A stretch of 64,000 nucleotides of DNA from Eledone cirrhosa. Lineage: Eukaryota. The notes beneath the pieces were generated by a model, which worked only from the letters and a program-made list of their open reading frames with translations, was not told the origin of the DNA and ran no database searches. Made by a program: the position numbers and the translations under genes. Positions 28,821-43,762 of this stretch are shown piece by piece. The DNA lies in NCBI GenBank assembly GCA_964016885.1, contig OZ024756.1, forward strand, positions 24,676,001-24,740,000, given 5' to 3'. Positions within the stretch are counted from its first letter, which is position 1; the number at the start of each line of letters is the position of its first letter.

Positions 28821-29439
28821 TTATTGAGGGCGGCTCTAGCTTCCTTCATCGGGAGTGATAGGACCGAGGAGTCTGCAAATGTCGTTGGCTGCAGCTGTGT
28901 CTGCTCTGCTCTGCGGTGACAATTAGGACAGGTAGGCGATGAAGAAGAAGAAGAAGAAGAAGAAGAAGAAGGCCGAAGTGCTATCACCACCGATATGTTG
29001 GAGACGAGCGGAGATAACATGATCCTGTAGACCACGGGGCGTCATCCTCCCCGCCTGGAAACGGAGGGGCGACAAATTCCTCTGCAGCAGCAACCATACA
29101 GGCATCAACCTCCTCTCTATCCAAAGCAAGTGCTCTTCCCGCTATTAGAAGAAGACGTCGCCCACAACAGGCCGAGATCATGCCAAATCGATGTACCACC
29201 GCCGACCACATTACTGCCTTCCGTCTCTTTTTATTGAGAGATCTCGGGAGTTCCGCAGAGATCGCCGATCGCCGCCTCTACCGTCGCCTTCGTCGAGCTG
29301 GAGGTGATTTTTCCTAACGGTCAGCCATGCATCCCTCCCCTCTGCAAAATTCTCAAGTTCATTGAGGCGTCTGCGGATGAATAGGAAGGACTCTGACTGC
29401 TTCCCCCCCACCCCACCCCCCACCCCATCAATAGCTAGG

Positions 29440-30150
29440 CCAGACAGGGCTGCGTGATTGGCCCCGACCTCTTCAACTGTGTCATCGACTATCTGATTAC
29501 CATGGTCTGTGAGCGAGTTTCTAGCGTTACCTTCGGGAACTACGACCTTACCGACCTGGAGTACGCGGGCGACACCATTCTATACAGCAACTCAATCGAT
29601 CAGTTCATGACGCACTGGCCATATTCCGGAAGGTATCAGAAAATCCTAGCCTTCGGGTGACCTGGGCGAAGACCAAGCTGATGCATGTCGGAGATGGCCC
29701 GGAGCCTTTCACGCTTCATATTGGCCCTGTCACCGTGGGGTTTGTCAGCTCCTTTATTTACCTGCGCTCGACAGTCACCAACAATGGAGACCAGGTCCCG
29801 GAGATCAACCGCATATGTGGTCTGGTTGCCGGGGTTATGCACTCCCATTGGAAATCCTTTTGGCGCCCCTGCTCTATAATCCCGAAAAGCGAAGCTGTGA
29901 CCCCGGTTGGACCAGTAGTACCGTTGGTAGGGGTCGAAACTGCCAAAGTCCATCTCAACGGCCGATGACCGTGGAGTTCGGTGTCTTTCGTTTATGTTTT
30001 TAGCTTCTTCTTCTTCTTCTTCTTCTTCTTCTTCTTCTTCTTCTTCTTCTTCTTCTTCTTCTTCTTCTTCTTCTGCTGCCGAGTTCATAATCGCAAAGAT
30101 TCAGCACGCCTTCTCCAATCGTCCCGGTCGAGCCTGGCATTTCTCAGTTC
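29440..30150 (+). mobile_element. Degenerate RTE-like RT fragment plus (CTT)n; 29717-30150 duplicated at 27925-28346
   Basis: QGCVI.PDLFNCVIDYL, DLEYA.D, WAKTKLM, FIYL.S; near-identical duplicate. Confidence 0.75.
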
Positions 30151-30648
30151 ATCTAGGAAGAACCAGGGCCGCCCCTAGGAGCAGTGGATTTGGTGTACTT
30201 CATATTTGTTTCGGTTGCTGAATACAATCAGGAGTCGCTGCTTCTCCTGAAGGTCAATAGTTCTCTTCTAACTCGAGAGGGAGCGCCTTTCCATCGTCAA
30301 TTTGCATTGATCATCTACAAAGCCACATTGTTCTCAGAACCACTGCACCAGTCTTTCGGTGCCTGCAGCTGGAATTACTGCCACACATTGATTTGGCAGG
30401 ATTTTTTTTTTTTCGATGGCCGTTGACTCTTATGAGTTCTCCCGCCCTTTGTCAGGTTTTGTTTTTTGTCCTGCAGGGTGTCCAAAATCACTCTCCTCAC
30501 CAAGTAAACTTGATGGAGTTGCTGGTTTATTCACCGACGACCCGATCATGTGAAACGGTTTATCTTTAAAAAAGTTGTTTTTCGTTTTGCCTTGTTTTCG
30601 TTCGTTGTCTTGTCCTCTCTTTGTTAAATTTCCTATGTATATATACAT

Positions 30649-30703
<55 letters not shown>

Positions 30704-30802
30704 TATGTATGTATATATGTATGTATGTTTCTATGTATGTATGCATGCATGCATGTATGTATGTTTGAATGTATGTATGCATATATGTATGGTCACCAGA
30801 TG

Positions 30803-31340
30803 GTGCTACTGGTAACATGTATCCCAGTACAACCTGTCTCGTGGTCGGGTCGTTGGCGACTAAACTGGCAACCCCACCAAGGTTTCTTGGTGAGGAGGGT
30901 GACTTTGGACATCCTGCAGGACTAAAAACAAAACCTGTCAACGGGCAAAGGAGCTCTTAAGAGTCAATGGCCATCCAAAATCACCGGGAGAGATGACCAC
31001 TTAGCCTTTGTCAAGGCAGAATTCTAGGAGAAGGAAAACTCTGATATAACACCTGCAACCCTGATGGTATCCAATGATGTTGACTTGTTCTTCTTTTTGG
31101 TACATATCATCTTGGTTAAGAGAGTGGGACTGGCTTTGTGCAGTGCCTTTGCTCACTATAAAAGCTTCACGGCACAGGCATTGCTTTATATCTGGAGATC
31201 TCTCTGCACTTGTCGTCAGATGGTACCATGGGCCCAGCACTATGTGTCAATAATTGTCAAAAGTGTAGTGTTTGTACCAGAGTTTTCAAATCGCTGGCTG
31301 GACTAAAAAGTCACACTCGTTCAGCGCATCGGTAGGGGTT
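30803..31340 (+). mobile_element. Dispersed repeat, probable RTE-type 5' region; inverted partial copies at 1940-2110 and 30420-30550
   Basis: Near-identical reverse complement of 1940-2110; contains ctaggagaaggaaaactctga. Confidence 0.55.
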
Positions 31341-32214
31341 CTCCTACATGGATATAAAGTAGTGGCCGTACTCGAAAACGAGTTGACAGCCACCATGTAT
31401 ATATGTATGTATGTATATATGTATGCTTCGTTTCTTTGTTCTTTGTTCTCGTTGATGTTGATTTAATTATATTCTATAATATAGCCAGTGCAGGTTATAT
31501 AAGGTTCTACAATGTAGCCATTGTTTGTTTTATTGCGTCTAACATTTGAGGTGGAGTTTATGAAAACAATGGTTTTTGCGGTGTATTTGGTCTATTTATT
31601 TATTTTTATATATTTATATATATTTATATATATATTGTTATTTTCGTGGCTTTAGTTCGTGTCTTTGGCTTGTCTGGGTATCTGAGGGTCGTCTTCTTCG
31701 TGTCTTTGGTGTGTGCATGAGGGCTGGTGTCGTGTCCTTCATATCTTTTGAATCAGTAGTTTGTTTGTGTGTTTATTTACGCAATTGTTCTGAGGGAGTG
31801 TGACAGCCATATCCGCAATAAAACAAACAATGGCTACATTGTAGATTTCAACTATTGAGTGGGTGATGAGCAACTGAACAGAAAATGGTCGACGATTAGT
31901 AATTTTGGAAGGCGATATATGATTTTGAATATGAAGAAAGTATTCTAACATGTGCTACCCGAAAAAAATATTCATATGGGATACGTAAAGTTTTTGTATA
32001 AAAAAAAAAAAAAAATAGGAGCCTATAAGGGAATAATTGAGTCACATTCCTAGATAACATATAAACAACCCCACAAACAATGAACATTTGGGTATTTATT
32101 TATAGTTTTGAGAAGGGTCATGTTTAAATATTGGTCAGCTTTTTGCATTTAACATTTGTATATATAACTTGTCAATTCCAATTACATGCAATAAGCAGCT
32201 AAAAGTTATATTGT

Positions 32215-32510
32215 CTTCTTCTTCTTCTTCTTCTTCTTCTTCTTCTTCTTCTTCTTCTTCGCCCACTTATTCCTTGAGAGGATCATGGGGGCAGAGTCCT
32301 CAAAAACGCTCCCCCAGCTAGTTCTGTCAGAAGCAACCGTCTCCAACGGATCCGGTTGGATCCCCAAGCGAGACCAGCCAAACTCATGGATGTAATCTAA
32401 CCACTTTGCTCGGGGTATACCCCTGGGTCTCATGCCGGTTGGTTTCGCCCGTAAAATCTGTCCAGCGATTCTTTCCTGAGATATGTCTAACCACACGCTT
32501 ATACATATCA
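32215..32510 (-). mobile_element. RTE LINE 3' end with (GAA)n tail
   Basis: G.RPRG.PR.KWLD...ASDRTSW. Confidence 0.75.
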
Positions 32511-32641
32511 TGTTGGAAATGAAATGAGATTTTCCTTTGTTTATTTTCTGTTTTCAACGAATCTGGCCTCTAGTAGGAAAGTAAGTATAAAATAGGAGGT
32601 GTAAGATTATTTACAATATGTATGAGTTTGCTGAATAGTCA

Positions 32642-32706
<65 letters not shown>

Positions 32707-32814
32707 CTTATATATAGTCAGATTGGGGTTGAAGTCGGGTCTATAACATAAATATGGATCGTGAGCCACCCATCTGTGAAACGTTCGTAACTAACCCTAA
32801 TCGATAAAAATCAC

Positions 32815-33045
32815 AATGTACTCACTTTGAAGTGGTATTACTCACCTTAAAGTGATACGGCTCACTTTGAAGTGGTATGTACGTCATTTTGAAGTCTGCT
32901 TCAAACTGGGCCTAATCAATAAAAACCACAATGTACTCACTTTAAAGAGGTATGGCTCACTTTGAAGTGATATGTACTCACTTTAAAGTGGTGTGGCTCA
33001 CTTTGAAGTAGTATGTACGTCATTTTGAAGTCTGCTTCAAAATGA
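32815..33045. repeat. Degenerate about 20-bp tandem repeat (tactcactttgaagtggta), present as two blocks
   Basis: Seen directly. Confidence 0.75.
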
Positions 33046-33312
33046 GATTTGTGTGATCTAACATGTTCTGACGTTGAAATCATTATTCTCACTTAGAATT
33101 ACAAATACCTCTCGTAGCATCAGGCCTGACAGTTGTTGTTCCCTAGGCAACTGTTTGTATGACAGGCCACAAATATCACTTAGTTCCCCCACACAACAGA
33201 GTTGATTTACGATGAAATTATTATTATAAAAATCAAAGGTGTTTTGTAAAACTCTTTCTTTCTTTCTTTCTTTTTCTTTCTTTCTTTCTTTCCTTTTCTT
33301 CTTCTTCTATAG

Positions 33313-33366
33313 AGTGTACGCAGGCGGCAACAAATGTGACGTCAGGGACATTGAGAACGACACGAC
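33313..33366 (+). CDS. PKHD1L1: PKHD1L1-like exon (VYAGGNKCDVRDIENDTT)
   Basis: long pyrimidine tract, ctatag| ... |gtaaat; phase 2-2; resembles VYIGGMPCEL. Confidence 0.87.
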
Positions 33367-33386
33367 GTAAATATGAATTCTTTCAA

Positions 33387-33419
<33 letters not shown>

Positions 33420-33620
33420 GGCTACTGTAGTGGTGGTGGTGGTGTGTGTTTGGGGGGGGCTGTTGCTGTTGCTGTTGTTGTTGTTGTTGTTGTAGCTGCT
33501 GTGGTGGTAGTGGTGTGGTAGTAATGATGGTGGTGACTGTTTTTGTTGTTGTTGTAGTTGTAGCTGCTATGGTGGTGGTGGTGCTGTGGTAGTAGTGGTG
33601 GTGGTGGTGGTGACTGTTTC

Positions 33621-33653
<33 letters not shown>

Positions 33654-34500
33654 AGTTGTTGTAGCTGCTATGATGGTGGTGGTGATGTGGTGGTAGTAGT
33701 GGTGGTGGTGGTGGTGGTGGCTGTTGCTGTTATTGCTGTAGCTGCTGTTACTGTTGTTGTTATTGTTGTTTTAGCTGCTATGGTGGTGGTGGTGCTGTGG
33801 TAGTAGTGGTGGTGGTGACTGTTTCTGTTGTTGTTGTAGTTGTAGCTGCTATGGTGGTGGTGGTGCTGTGTGTAGTAGTGGTGGTGGTGACTGTTTCTGT
33901 TGTTGTTGTTTTAGCTGCTATGGTGGTGGTGGTGATGTGGTGGTAGTGGTGGTGGTGGTGGTGGTGGTGGTGGTGGTGGTGGTGGCTGTTGCTGTTATTG
34001 CTGTAGCTGCTGTTACTGTTGTTGTTATTGTTGTTTTAGCTGCTATGGTGGTGGCGGTGATGCTGAGGGGTGATGATGACTATTGCTGTTGTTGTTGTTG
34101 TGGTGGTGGTGGTGACTGTTGTTGTGGTACAAGGTCATTCCAGGTCATTCTCACCCACAATCCACCCAAACACTCCAAATTATCCAATTTGCCTGACTTT
34201 GTTGCTCCGGCCTTATTAAAGTATTCTCCTACCGTGGAAATTGGCCTTTACAAGGCCAAAGCCATCAGCCGGAAAGTTTGGTTGCCGGAAAGTCGGACAT
34301 CCAGACAACTGGATACCAGACAGTCGGATAGCCGGACAGCCAAATAACCAGATAGTCGGACACCCGAACATCTGGACAGCCAGATACCCAGATAGCCAGC
34401 CAAACACTTGCTCTTAACTCACCATTCTGGGTACCAGACACCTTTCTTCTTCACCTTTCACTCTCACACCCGGCCACTTTAGCACATTGTGGGTGTGTGC

Positions 34501-35020
<520 letters not shown>

Positions 35021-36136
35021 CACACACACACATATATATATATATATATTATTGACATCTGTTGGTCTCGAAAGACTGCCCCTGGAGAGTTTTGTGCCAG
35101 CCACTGATTGCAGTGCAACGTCTGTTGAGGCAGTACAGGCCCACACGGGAGTGGCAGTCCTGTATTCAGCGACTTCATTTGAAGATGCTCTCCTCCTGTG
35201 CTGTTCTTTTTTCAAGCACACTTTCCCTCGGGGGCAAGTTTCAGTTTCTTTTCCCCTCGCTCCATTCCCTTACGCAATACTCGTCTCCATCGTGGGTGAT
35301 CATTAACAACCTCCTCCCATCTCTGGGTGTCCAAGTCTATTGATTTCATATCCTTCCTGCAGACGTATGTAGTTGATGACTGAGAGAAAAGAGTAATAAA
35401 TACTGAAGTAGAGTTTAAATATTCACTATATTACGGCTAAACTGAGAGACTTCTTACTCTGGAGATTCGCCTGTTTGTCACAGGCGAAACTCCAGAGTAA
35501 CAAGCCACACTATTTAGCCTTAATATAATGTATATATATATATAAATATATATAGTAGAAATAGAAGCATTCGGTGTGTTTTTTTTTTTGTGTTTTTTCT
35601 TTTGCTAAACAAATTTTAGTCTGATAGTGCGGTTTAAAACCCTCTAAAGATGGAAAATGATGCGTATTGATGTACATGGGAGCCGAACCAAAGATCTGGG
35701 TTTTACTCTATGTACATCAATACTCATCCTTTTCCATTTTTAGAGAGTTTTACACTCCACTATCAGGCTAAAATTTCTTTACTACAAAATACGGCGAAAG
35801 CTTCTATTTCAACTAAACAAACTTGCTATATATATATATATATATATATATATGCAAAAGTTCTATTTAAAATTGTTGGGATACAACAAGTAAATATTTT
35901 TATAACTGATATAAAGCACTCGACAAGTATTTGGAGTAGATATACGATATTAATAAATGGATGGCTTCCAAAAATAATGGTTGCATTTTAATAGGGTACG
36001 TCAAAGCTTATTTGTAAAACTGTTATATATTGTATTTTGTCTGATGAAGGCATACCATAATTTAATTTGGTATCCCTGAAATATGTATAATGAAATAAAT
36101 AAGATTTTATAAATATAGTTTCCATTTATTAATATC

Positions 36137-36230
<94 letters not shown>

Positions 36231-36333
36231 CAAGCTTGTTTAGTTGAAATAGAAGCTTTCGCAGTATTTTTCAGAAGATCCCGTTAAGGGTGAAAGCAGC
36301 GATTCTTTACTTAAACTTTAATCTGTTATTTTA

Positions 36334-36471
<138 letters not shown>

Positions 36472-36761
36472 TATAAATTATGTCCATAGAATCATTTGAT
36501 AAGATATATACTCCATTTCCTATCCCAATTAACATAATCAACCACACAAAAAAACAATTAAACCAGGCTATAAGATTAAAAGGCACCTATGAAGAAATAA
36601 TAGATAAATAAACGACAGCCATCTATTTGCGATCAACAGCTATAGAATATTTACCCACCATTTCAATAGCACGTGGAAATCGATTAAATAAATATATCGT
36701 CAACCATACACAATTAGGTATAAAATTAAAGTTAGAAGAAAAAATGCATATACACATACCA

Positions 36762-36811
<50 letters not shown>

Positions 36812-37002
36812 GTGCATGGGTATAAATGAAAAAAGAGAGCAATCAACACATAGCGTGCAAGTTGAGAATACTCATTGGTTTGTATTAACAGTTTAACTCA
36901 TTTCCGCATTACCAGCGGTTTCATGACATAAATACGTTTGTCACATCAGATGTTTTCGAAAATATTTATATATGTTAAATGTTTTTAATTTTTCTTTCGA
37001 AG

Positions 37003-37070
37003 CTATGGACTTACACTGACCAATGGCGATTGGGGTTACATTAAATGTAAAATGCAAGGGTCATTTGTTG
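37003..37070 (+). CDS. PKHD1L1: PKHD1L1-like exon (YGLTLTNGDWGYIKCKMQGSFVG)
   Basis: ttcgaag| ... |gtaagt; phase 2-1; resembles YGLKL..NGDMGSMVCKTTGTFIG. Confidence 0.9.
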
Positions 37071-37284
37071 GTAAGTGGAAATATTTCTACGATAATAAAG
37101 GTCGCGAGTTCGATTCCTGGCTGCGTAATGTATGCGTGCTTGAATGGAATGTACATAAAGATATAATAAATACATTCAGAGGAATTTGCATTTATATATA
37201 TATATATATATATATTATTAAGTGTAAGGAATTCTTTTACAATGGAATTAGCTCGAAGGAGGAAAATACCCCTGAGCCGTGTAT

Positions 37285-38109
37285 AAACTAATATATATGA
37301 TGAAACACAGATACCAACACATCTGTATATATATTGCAAAAGAAAATTTAGCCAGAATGAAAGATACTAATTATTATACTACAATTTGTCCATATCGATT
37401 TAAAATAATAAATCAACAAAGACGAACTGCATTGCCAAAAGGCTATGATGTTTAGACACATTTAAATTTCAAAATCAAACCTGTTCCGTAGATAAGTTTA
37501 AACTTTAAAATTCAAATATGTTTCGAGATAAATAAGTGTAGGAATATCATGTCCTGCTCTCCTCAGTAAACATCCAGGGACAAATTGATATGCTTCACTT
37601 CTAAATAATTTAAAAGACTGTGTGACGCACATGGTTTAACAGTTTCTGGCTAGTCTCATAACCGTACTGCTAGAAATAACAGTCGTATATATGAGGCGGC
37701 TTTCAGCTCAGACTAGGAGCAGTTATATTATTAAGTGTAAGGACTAATTAAGTGTAAGGACTTATTAAGTGTAACTTTTAAATTATTTAGAAGTGAAGCA
37801 TATCAATTTGTCCCTGGGTGTTTACTGAGGAGAGCAGGACATGATATTCCTACACTTATTTATCTCGAAACATATTTGAATTTTAAAGTTTAAACTTATC
37901 TACGGAACAGGTTTGATTTTGAAATTTAAATGTGTCTAAACATCATAGCCTTTTGGCAATGCAGTTCGTCTTTGTTGATTTATTATTTTAAATCGATATG
38001 GACAAACTGTAGTATAATAATTAGTATCTTTCATTCTGGCTAAATTTTCTTTTGCAATATATATACAGATGTGTTGGTATCTGTGTTTCATCATATATAT
38101 CATATATAT

Positions 38110-38115
<6 letters not shown>
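37285..38115. repeat. About 330-bp-arm inverted duplication
   Basis: 37285-37615 is the near-exact reverse complement of 37775-38115. Confidence 0.9.
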
Positions 38116-38157
<42 letters not shown>

Positions 38158-38163
38158 ATATAT

Positions 38164-38259
<96 letters not shown>

Positions 38260-38322
38260 GTATATATATATTTATTATATATTTGATATATATTTATCCT
38301 TATCGAGCCCTCTTTTGATTTT

Positions 38323-38361
<39 letters not shown>

Positions 38362-39229
38362 TATGTATGTATACGTACATACATATATGTATACAGACGT
38401 ACAGTAGTATGTATATATATATACATACATGCACACATATATATATATATATATGTACGTATCCGTTTACCGAACATTTATTATAATGCTCGGTTTGTTT
38501 GTAAACAAACAAAAAGCCCGAATTACGCAGTTCAGTGTTTAGGCAACCACGTCACCTTTTTGTTCAACACTGACACAGGAACGATGTACTAGTTTCGGCG
38601 TAATTCGAGGTGTTTCTTTGTTTAAAACAAACAAACCGAGCATATATATATATATATACATATATATATGTAAATATGATAATAAGGGCGTTGCGGAGTT
38701 GCAAATGGGTTACATATGAAAAAAGTTTGTCCTTCATCAGTGATCTTCCAACCATCATAGGCATTTCATCGCTTTAAAAACTATATACCTCCGGTTGGTG
38801 CGAGCAACGGCTAAAAAAAGTCGTTGGGACACGTAAATAAAGGGGACGCGAGGGTAAACAAACAAAATGGTGAAGCAACATAAAGTTAGGAATAAAGAGA
38901 CAAGTCCCAGATTTCTATGAATTTAAGTTCGGTGAAATCGTGAACGAGAGAATAAAGACCATCAAACCTGGTTGAAATGTGAGCAAGGAAGGAATTTCGC
39001 ATGTATATATATATGCTCGGTTTATATATATATATATATATATATTAAAAGGGCGTGTCAACGGCCATCCACCCAACTATGGGTTTAAAAAACCTCACCA
39101 ACCAACAATTGTCCAAGCGTGGTGAGTACGGGTACTCCCCTAACATTACCAAAACCAAACAAAAGTGTAGAAATCAACCAGGAAGGGGTTCTTCATACAG
39201 GAGTGAGATGTCCCTGGATTGGATATACG

Positions 39230-39308
<79 letters not shown>

Positions 39309-39727
39309 TTGGGGAGGGTCATATTTGTGTAATAATATTGCCAGAATTAATAACAGAACACACTCACTGTTTGGTTGGTTTTCGCTTCTGTCTTTTATAT
39401 CGGTTAACTTAATTTATTTGGTCCTCAATAGGAAACATAATAGCACCACTGACGATGTTGCAGATGTGCAACGAAAGAACTTTGTTAGACTATATATATG
39501 TGTTTGTGTCTATATTGTATCTGTATTTTTGACCGTTGGTCAGTCAATGGTAACATTGAGGACCGAATAAATTAAATTAACTGATATAAAAGACACAGAA
39601 GCGAAAATCAACCAAACAGTGAGTGTGTTCTGTTATTAATTCTGGCAATATTATTACACAAATATGACCCTCCCCAAGTATAACAATATTTGTTTCGACA
39701 CACGATTTCATATCAAAAACCTCGCAA

Positions 39728-39820
<93 letters not shown>

Positions 39821-40949
39821 TGTATGTATGTATGTATGTATGTATGTATGTATATACAAAGTCAATATCAATATAAGTTCTATATATATATATGTGCGTA
39901 AGCATATATATTATTATAAAGAATATTTTCTTAGAATCTTCAGAGAAGAAATATTAATGATGTTGCTGGAAGGTAGTCCAATCTATACAACAGCGAATGA
40001 AATTTTCCATTACTGGAATAATTATTTCTTCAGAGAAATGCCCAGAGATCAGTATACGTCGGAGTGCATGCCTTATATTTGGGGAGGGTCATATTGTTAT
40101 AATATTGCCAGAAATAATAATAAAACACACTCACTGTTTGGTTTGGATTGGTTTTCGCTTCTGTATATTTTATAACCCTATAGTTAATTTAGCTGGCAAT
40201 CAATGTTTATCATTGATCGACCAACGGTTAAAATATAGATATTAATATATATATAGTCTATCAAAGTTCTTTCATCACACACCTGTGACATCATCAGTGG
40301 TACTACATCATCAGTGGTACTATTCCTCCCGTTGTATTGTCTATTCCATTTTTATTTATTTATTTATTCTTGTCTCTGTTTGCGCATGCGTTTGTGTGTG
40401 TGTTTTCTGTTTGGTGTGTGTTCGTGTCTGAGTATATGTGTATTTGTATTCTATCTTTGCTCACTGGTGTGTTTTTATGTGTGGTTATTGTTATTGTACC
40501 TGTGTATATTTATTTATATTCATCGTAGGTCAGTATTGTGTGTTTGTGTATGGTTGTTGTTGTTATTCCATTCCTGTTTTCTGTTCAACTTTGGTTTTCT
40601 TAGTTCTATTTCAGTTGCTTCTCTGATTTGTCTACCCGTTGAGTCATTTCTATGTTTAGAAATTATTTTAATTTCTATGTTGTCTATGCAGCCGCTACGT
40701 AGAATCAAACTCTGTATCTCTCGGATACCTTTTGAGTGCGTTACCCATTACTCTATGGCGCAGCTGACCACGAATTCGGTCAAATTTAAGGGGTATGTAC
40801 AAAACAGCTTGCGGTTAGAGCTTAACATAAAGCCTAAAGCACTAGACCAGTATTCGAGAAATACGGAATTCGATCCTCCATAATGGCTGCTGGCCACTTT
40901 TTTTCATCTCCAGGTGTATTTTATCTGATTTTATAGCCATCGACTGTTG

Positions 40950-41063
<114 letters not shown>

Positions 41064-41223
41064 AGAGTCAGGACCCCGACGGCTAAGCTCCGGCCCTTTC
41101 GACAGCTAGATCCGGTGCTCAGCCGTCGGGGTCCTGACTCTTTTCCTATTACCCACTCTACTACCCTAATTATCGAGTACTCTGGTGCGTTATGGTCCAC
41201 CTGGTTTCTTACCACACCTTCTT

Positions 41224-41266
<43 letters not shown>

Positions 41267-41272
41267 CAAACA

Positions 41273-41532
41273 CAGAGTGGGATTTACGTATAAGCTAAAC
41301 AAGCTATAGCTTAGGGCGCCCACTTTCTTGAGGCCCCGAAATAATTGAAAAAAAAAACGGTGTGTACATTTCCAAAATATAAGATAAAAAAGAACTAAAA
41401 TAATGCAATAGTTTTAAACAGTTTTCTGCTTTAATATTGAAGGTTTTGCAGTTTTTATAACATTTTATAACATATAAAGGGCCCCATTATCTCAAATAGC
41501 TTAGGGCCTCATCAAATCTAAATCCGGCCCTG
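41273..41532. mobile_element. hAT-type MITE with 8-bp TSD CCCAAACA
   Basis: TSD at 41265-41272 and 41533-41540; imperfect TIRs cagagtgggattta / taaatccggccctg. Confidence 0.8.
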
Positions 41533-42631
41533 CCCAAACAGTGCGTATAAGGGAATGAAACTTTGTATTGTATTTAAAATGTTAGAAGACTTTCATCTGT
41601 GAATCGGTTAAAAGATTTTTTTTATTGTTCCTCTTTTCTACACCAGAAAGGTTTTACGATTGGTTAACAGTTGACTAAACCAGAATTGAAGTTTAAACAC
41701 GAGTGAGACTGCCTTAGTTGGGGTCATCTATTCTTTAAAAATTCTTAGATGTTGAAGTCATCGACTACAGATTTTACAACGCTGAAATATTAGCTTTCTA
41801 AAATCTAAACTATAATAAGAGCCGTGTTTGTCAGTCCGTGCGTCGTCACACTCTCTATGTTGAGGGAGGAAAATACTACTCCATTTCTCACTCACTCCCC
41901 CCCCCCCCTCTCCTCACTCTAACTAACTAAAACGTAACGTCTAGAACGAAATTACGGAGTCTTTTGGTTGTTTTGTGTGTCTGTGTGTTTGTGAAAGATA
42001 AATAGATAGGTAAACACTATTGTCACCTGACAACGCGGGAATCTTAAGTGCATGTCAGTCAACACGTTTGGAAAAAGTGTGTGTTTCTGAAACCTCACGC
42101 TTAGAAAAAGAAAAGAAAAAAATGATACAAAGTCTAGTTTGCGCCATCAACTTCTAACAACTTTTGAAGAAAAGATGACATCAATTCAAGCTTGTTCTTG
42201 TTCAAACGTGCCTTCAACTTCTAACAACGTTTCAAGCAAACATAACATCAATTACAGCTTGATTCAGTTCAAACTTTAAAGTCTGATTTATTCGTCCGTT
42301 AACCAACTTCCTGGTGTGGGGGAAAAAAAATCAAAGAATCTTTTACCGAGTCTTTTAAGCCTTTTAATTCTTTTAAGACTGGAAATTCTTAATGAAGTAC
42401 TGAAGTGAGGTATTATTTCTTTATACGTCTTGTTTTGAGCGTTTAATCATTAAAAACTTTCTTATAATTCTGTCAAGGCGGCGAATTGACAGAAAGTTTA
42501 TGACGTCAGAATGATTTATGGTATTTGTTCCGCCTCTCTGAGTTCAAATCCCGCCGAGGTTGACTTTGCTTTTCATCCTTTCGAGTTCAATAAAAAAAAA
42601 AGTACAAGTCTAGTCCTGAGGTTGATTCTTC

Positions 42632-42664
<33 letters not shown>

Positions 42665-43127
42665 TCTTTCTATCCTTTTCTGGAAGGAGTTACATATGCC
42701 GCTACTACGGCGCCGCTCAAACACATAGTATTGTCACAATGCTTTCAAATTTGCCTTGAAACTCCAATTCATACGAACACTGTACACACAAAAGCACACA
42801 ACACATACACACTCATTCGGAAAACACTTACACACATATACATTCGCACACATATACATTCGCACAAATACACATATGCACAGTAAGACACACATACACA
42901 CACACCACACACACAGTACACACACAAACACACACAAATACACACACAGACAGTACACAGCATGCATATACACCCACATTTACACACACAGTACACAGAC
43001 AGTACACACACAGTACAGACACAGTGTGTACACACACACACACACACACACATAAATAGTACATATACACACGCAATGTCAACATATTGATCGATGTTAA
43101 TAATCTATCAATACATTTATATTACAG

Positions 43128-43170
43128 GTAGCTTCAACGTCAGCTTTCTGATTGATGGACCATTTGGCAG
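43128..43170 (+). CDS. PKHD1L1: PKHD1L1-like exon (GSFNVSFLIDGPFGR)
   Basis: ttacag| ... |gtaaga; phase 1-2; resembles GHHNVSFILDNDYGR. Confidence 0.9.
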
Positions 43171-43329
43171 GTAAGACCATCATTTTCGAGATCGTAAAGT
43201 AAGGCTTGGATTCTGCAGGTTTCCACTCCCAACTCGGGCCGGCGGGGCTGAACCAAGGGGACGATAAAAAGAAAGCCGGCCCGACCATCTTCCCGTTCTA
43301 TGGAGGTAAACCCCTCATCTAGGATACCA

Positions 43330-43762
43330 AAAGCAGCGGCACTTTCTCCAGCGGCAACCTGGTGCAGTCTGCACCTGACCCAAGGAAGCCAAATGCAGCG
43401 ACACTTTCTCCAGCGGAAACCTGGTGCAGTCTGCACCTGACCCAAGGAAGCCAAATGCAGCGGCACTTTCTCCAGCGGCAATCTGGTGCAGTCTGCACCT
43501 GACCCAAGGAAGCCAAATGCAGCGGCACTTTCTCCAGCGGAAACCTGGTGCAGTCTGCGACTGACCCAAGGAAGCCAAATGCAGCGGCACTTTCTCCAGC
43601 GGCAACCTGGTGCAGTCTGCGACTGACCCAAGGAAGCCAAATGCAGCGGCACTTTCTCCAGCGGCAACCTGGTGCAGTCTGCGACTGACCCAAGGAAGCC
43701 AAATGCAGCGATGCAGCGACACTTTCTCCAGCGGCAACCTGGTGCAGTCTGCACCTGACCCT
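43330..43762. repeat. 62-bp GC-rich minisatellite, about 7 copies, inside an unclassified GC-rich segment (about 43180-44035)
   Basis: Unit ccaaatgcagcggcactttctccagcggcaacctggtgcagtctgcacctgacccaaggaag. Confidence 0.92.

Noticed and set aside
33390-34130. Val/Cys/Gly-rich ORFs
   Set aside because: Compound (GTT)n/(GGT)n low-complexity sequence in an intron
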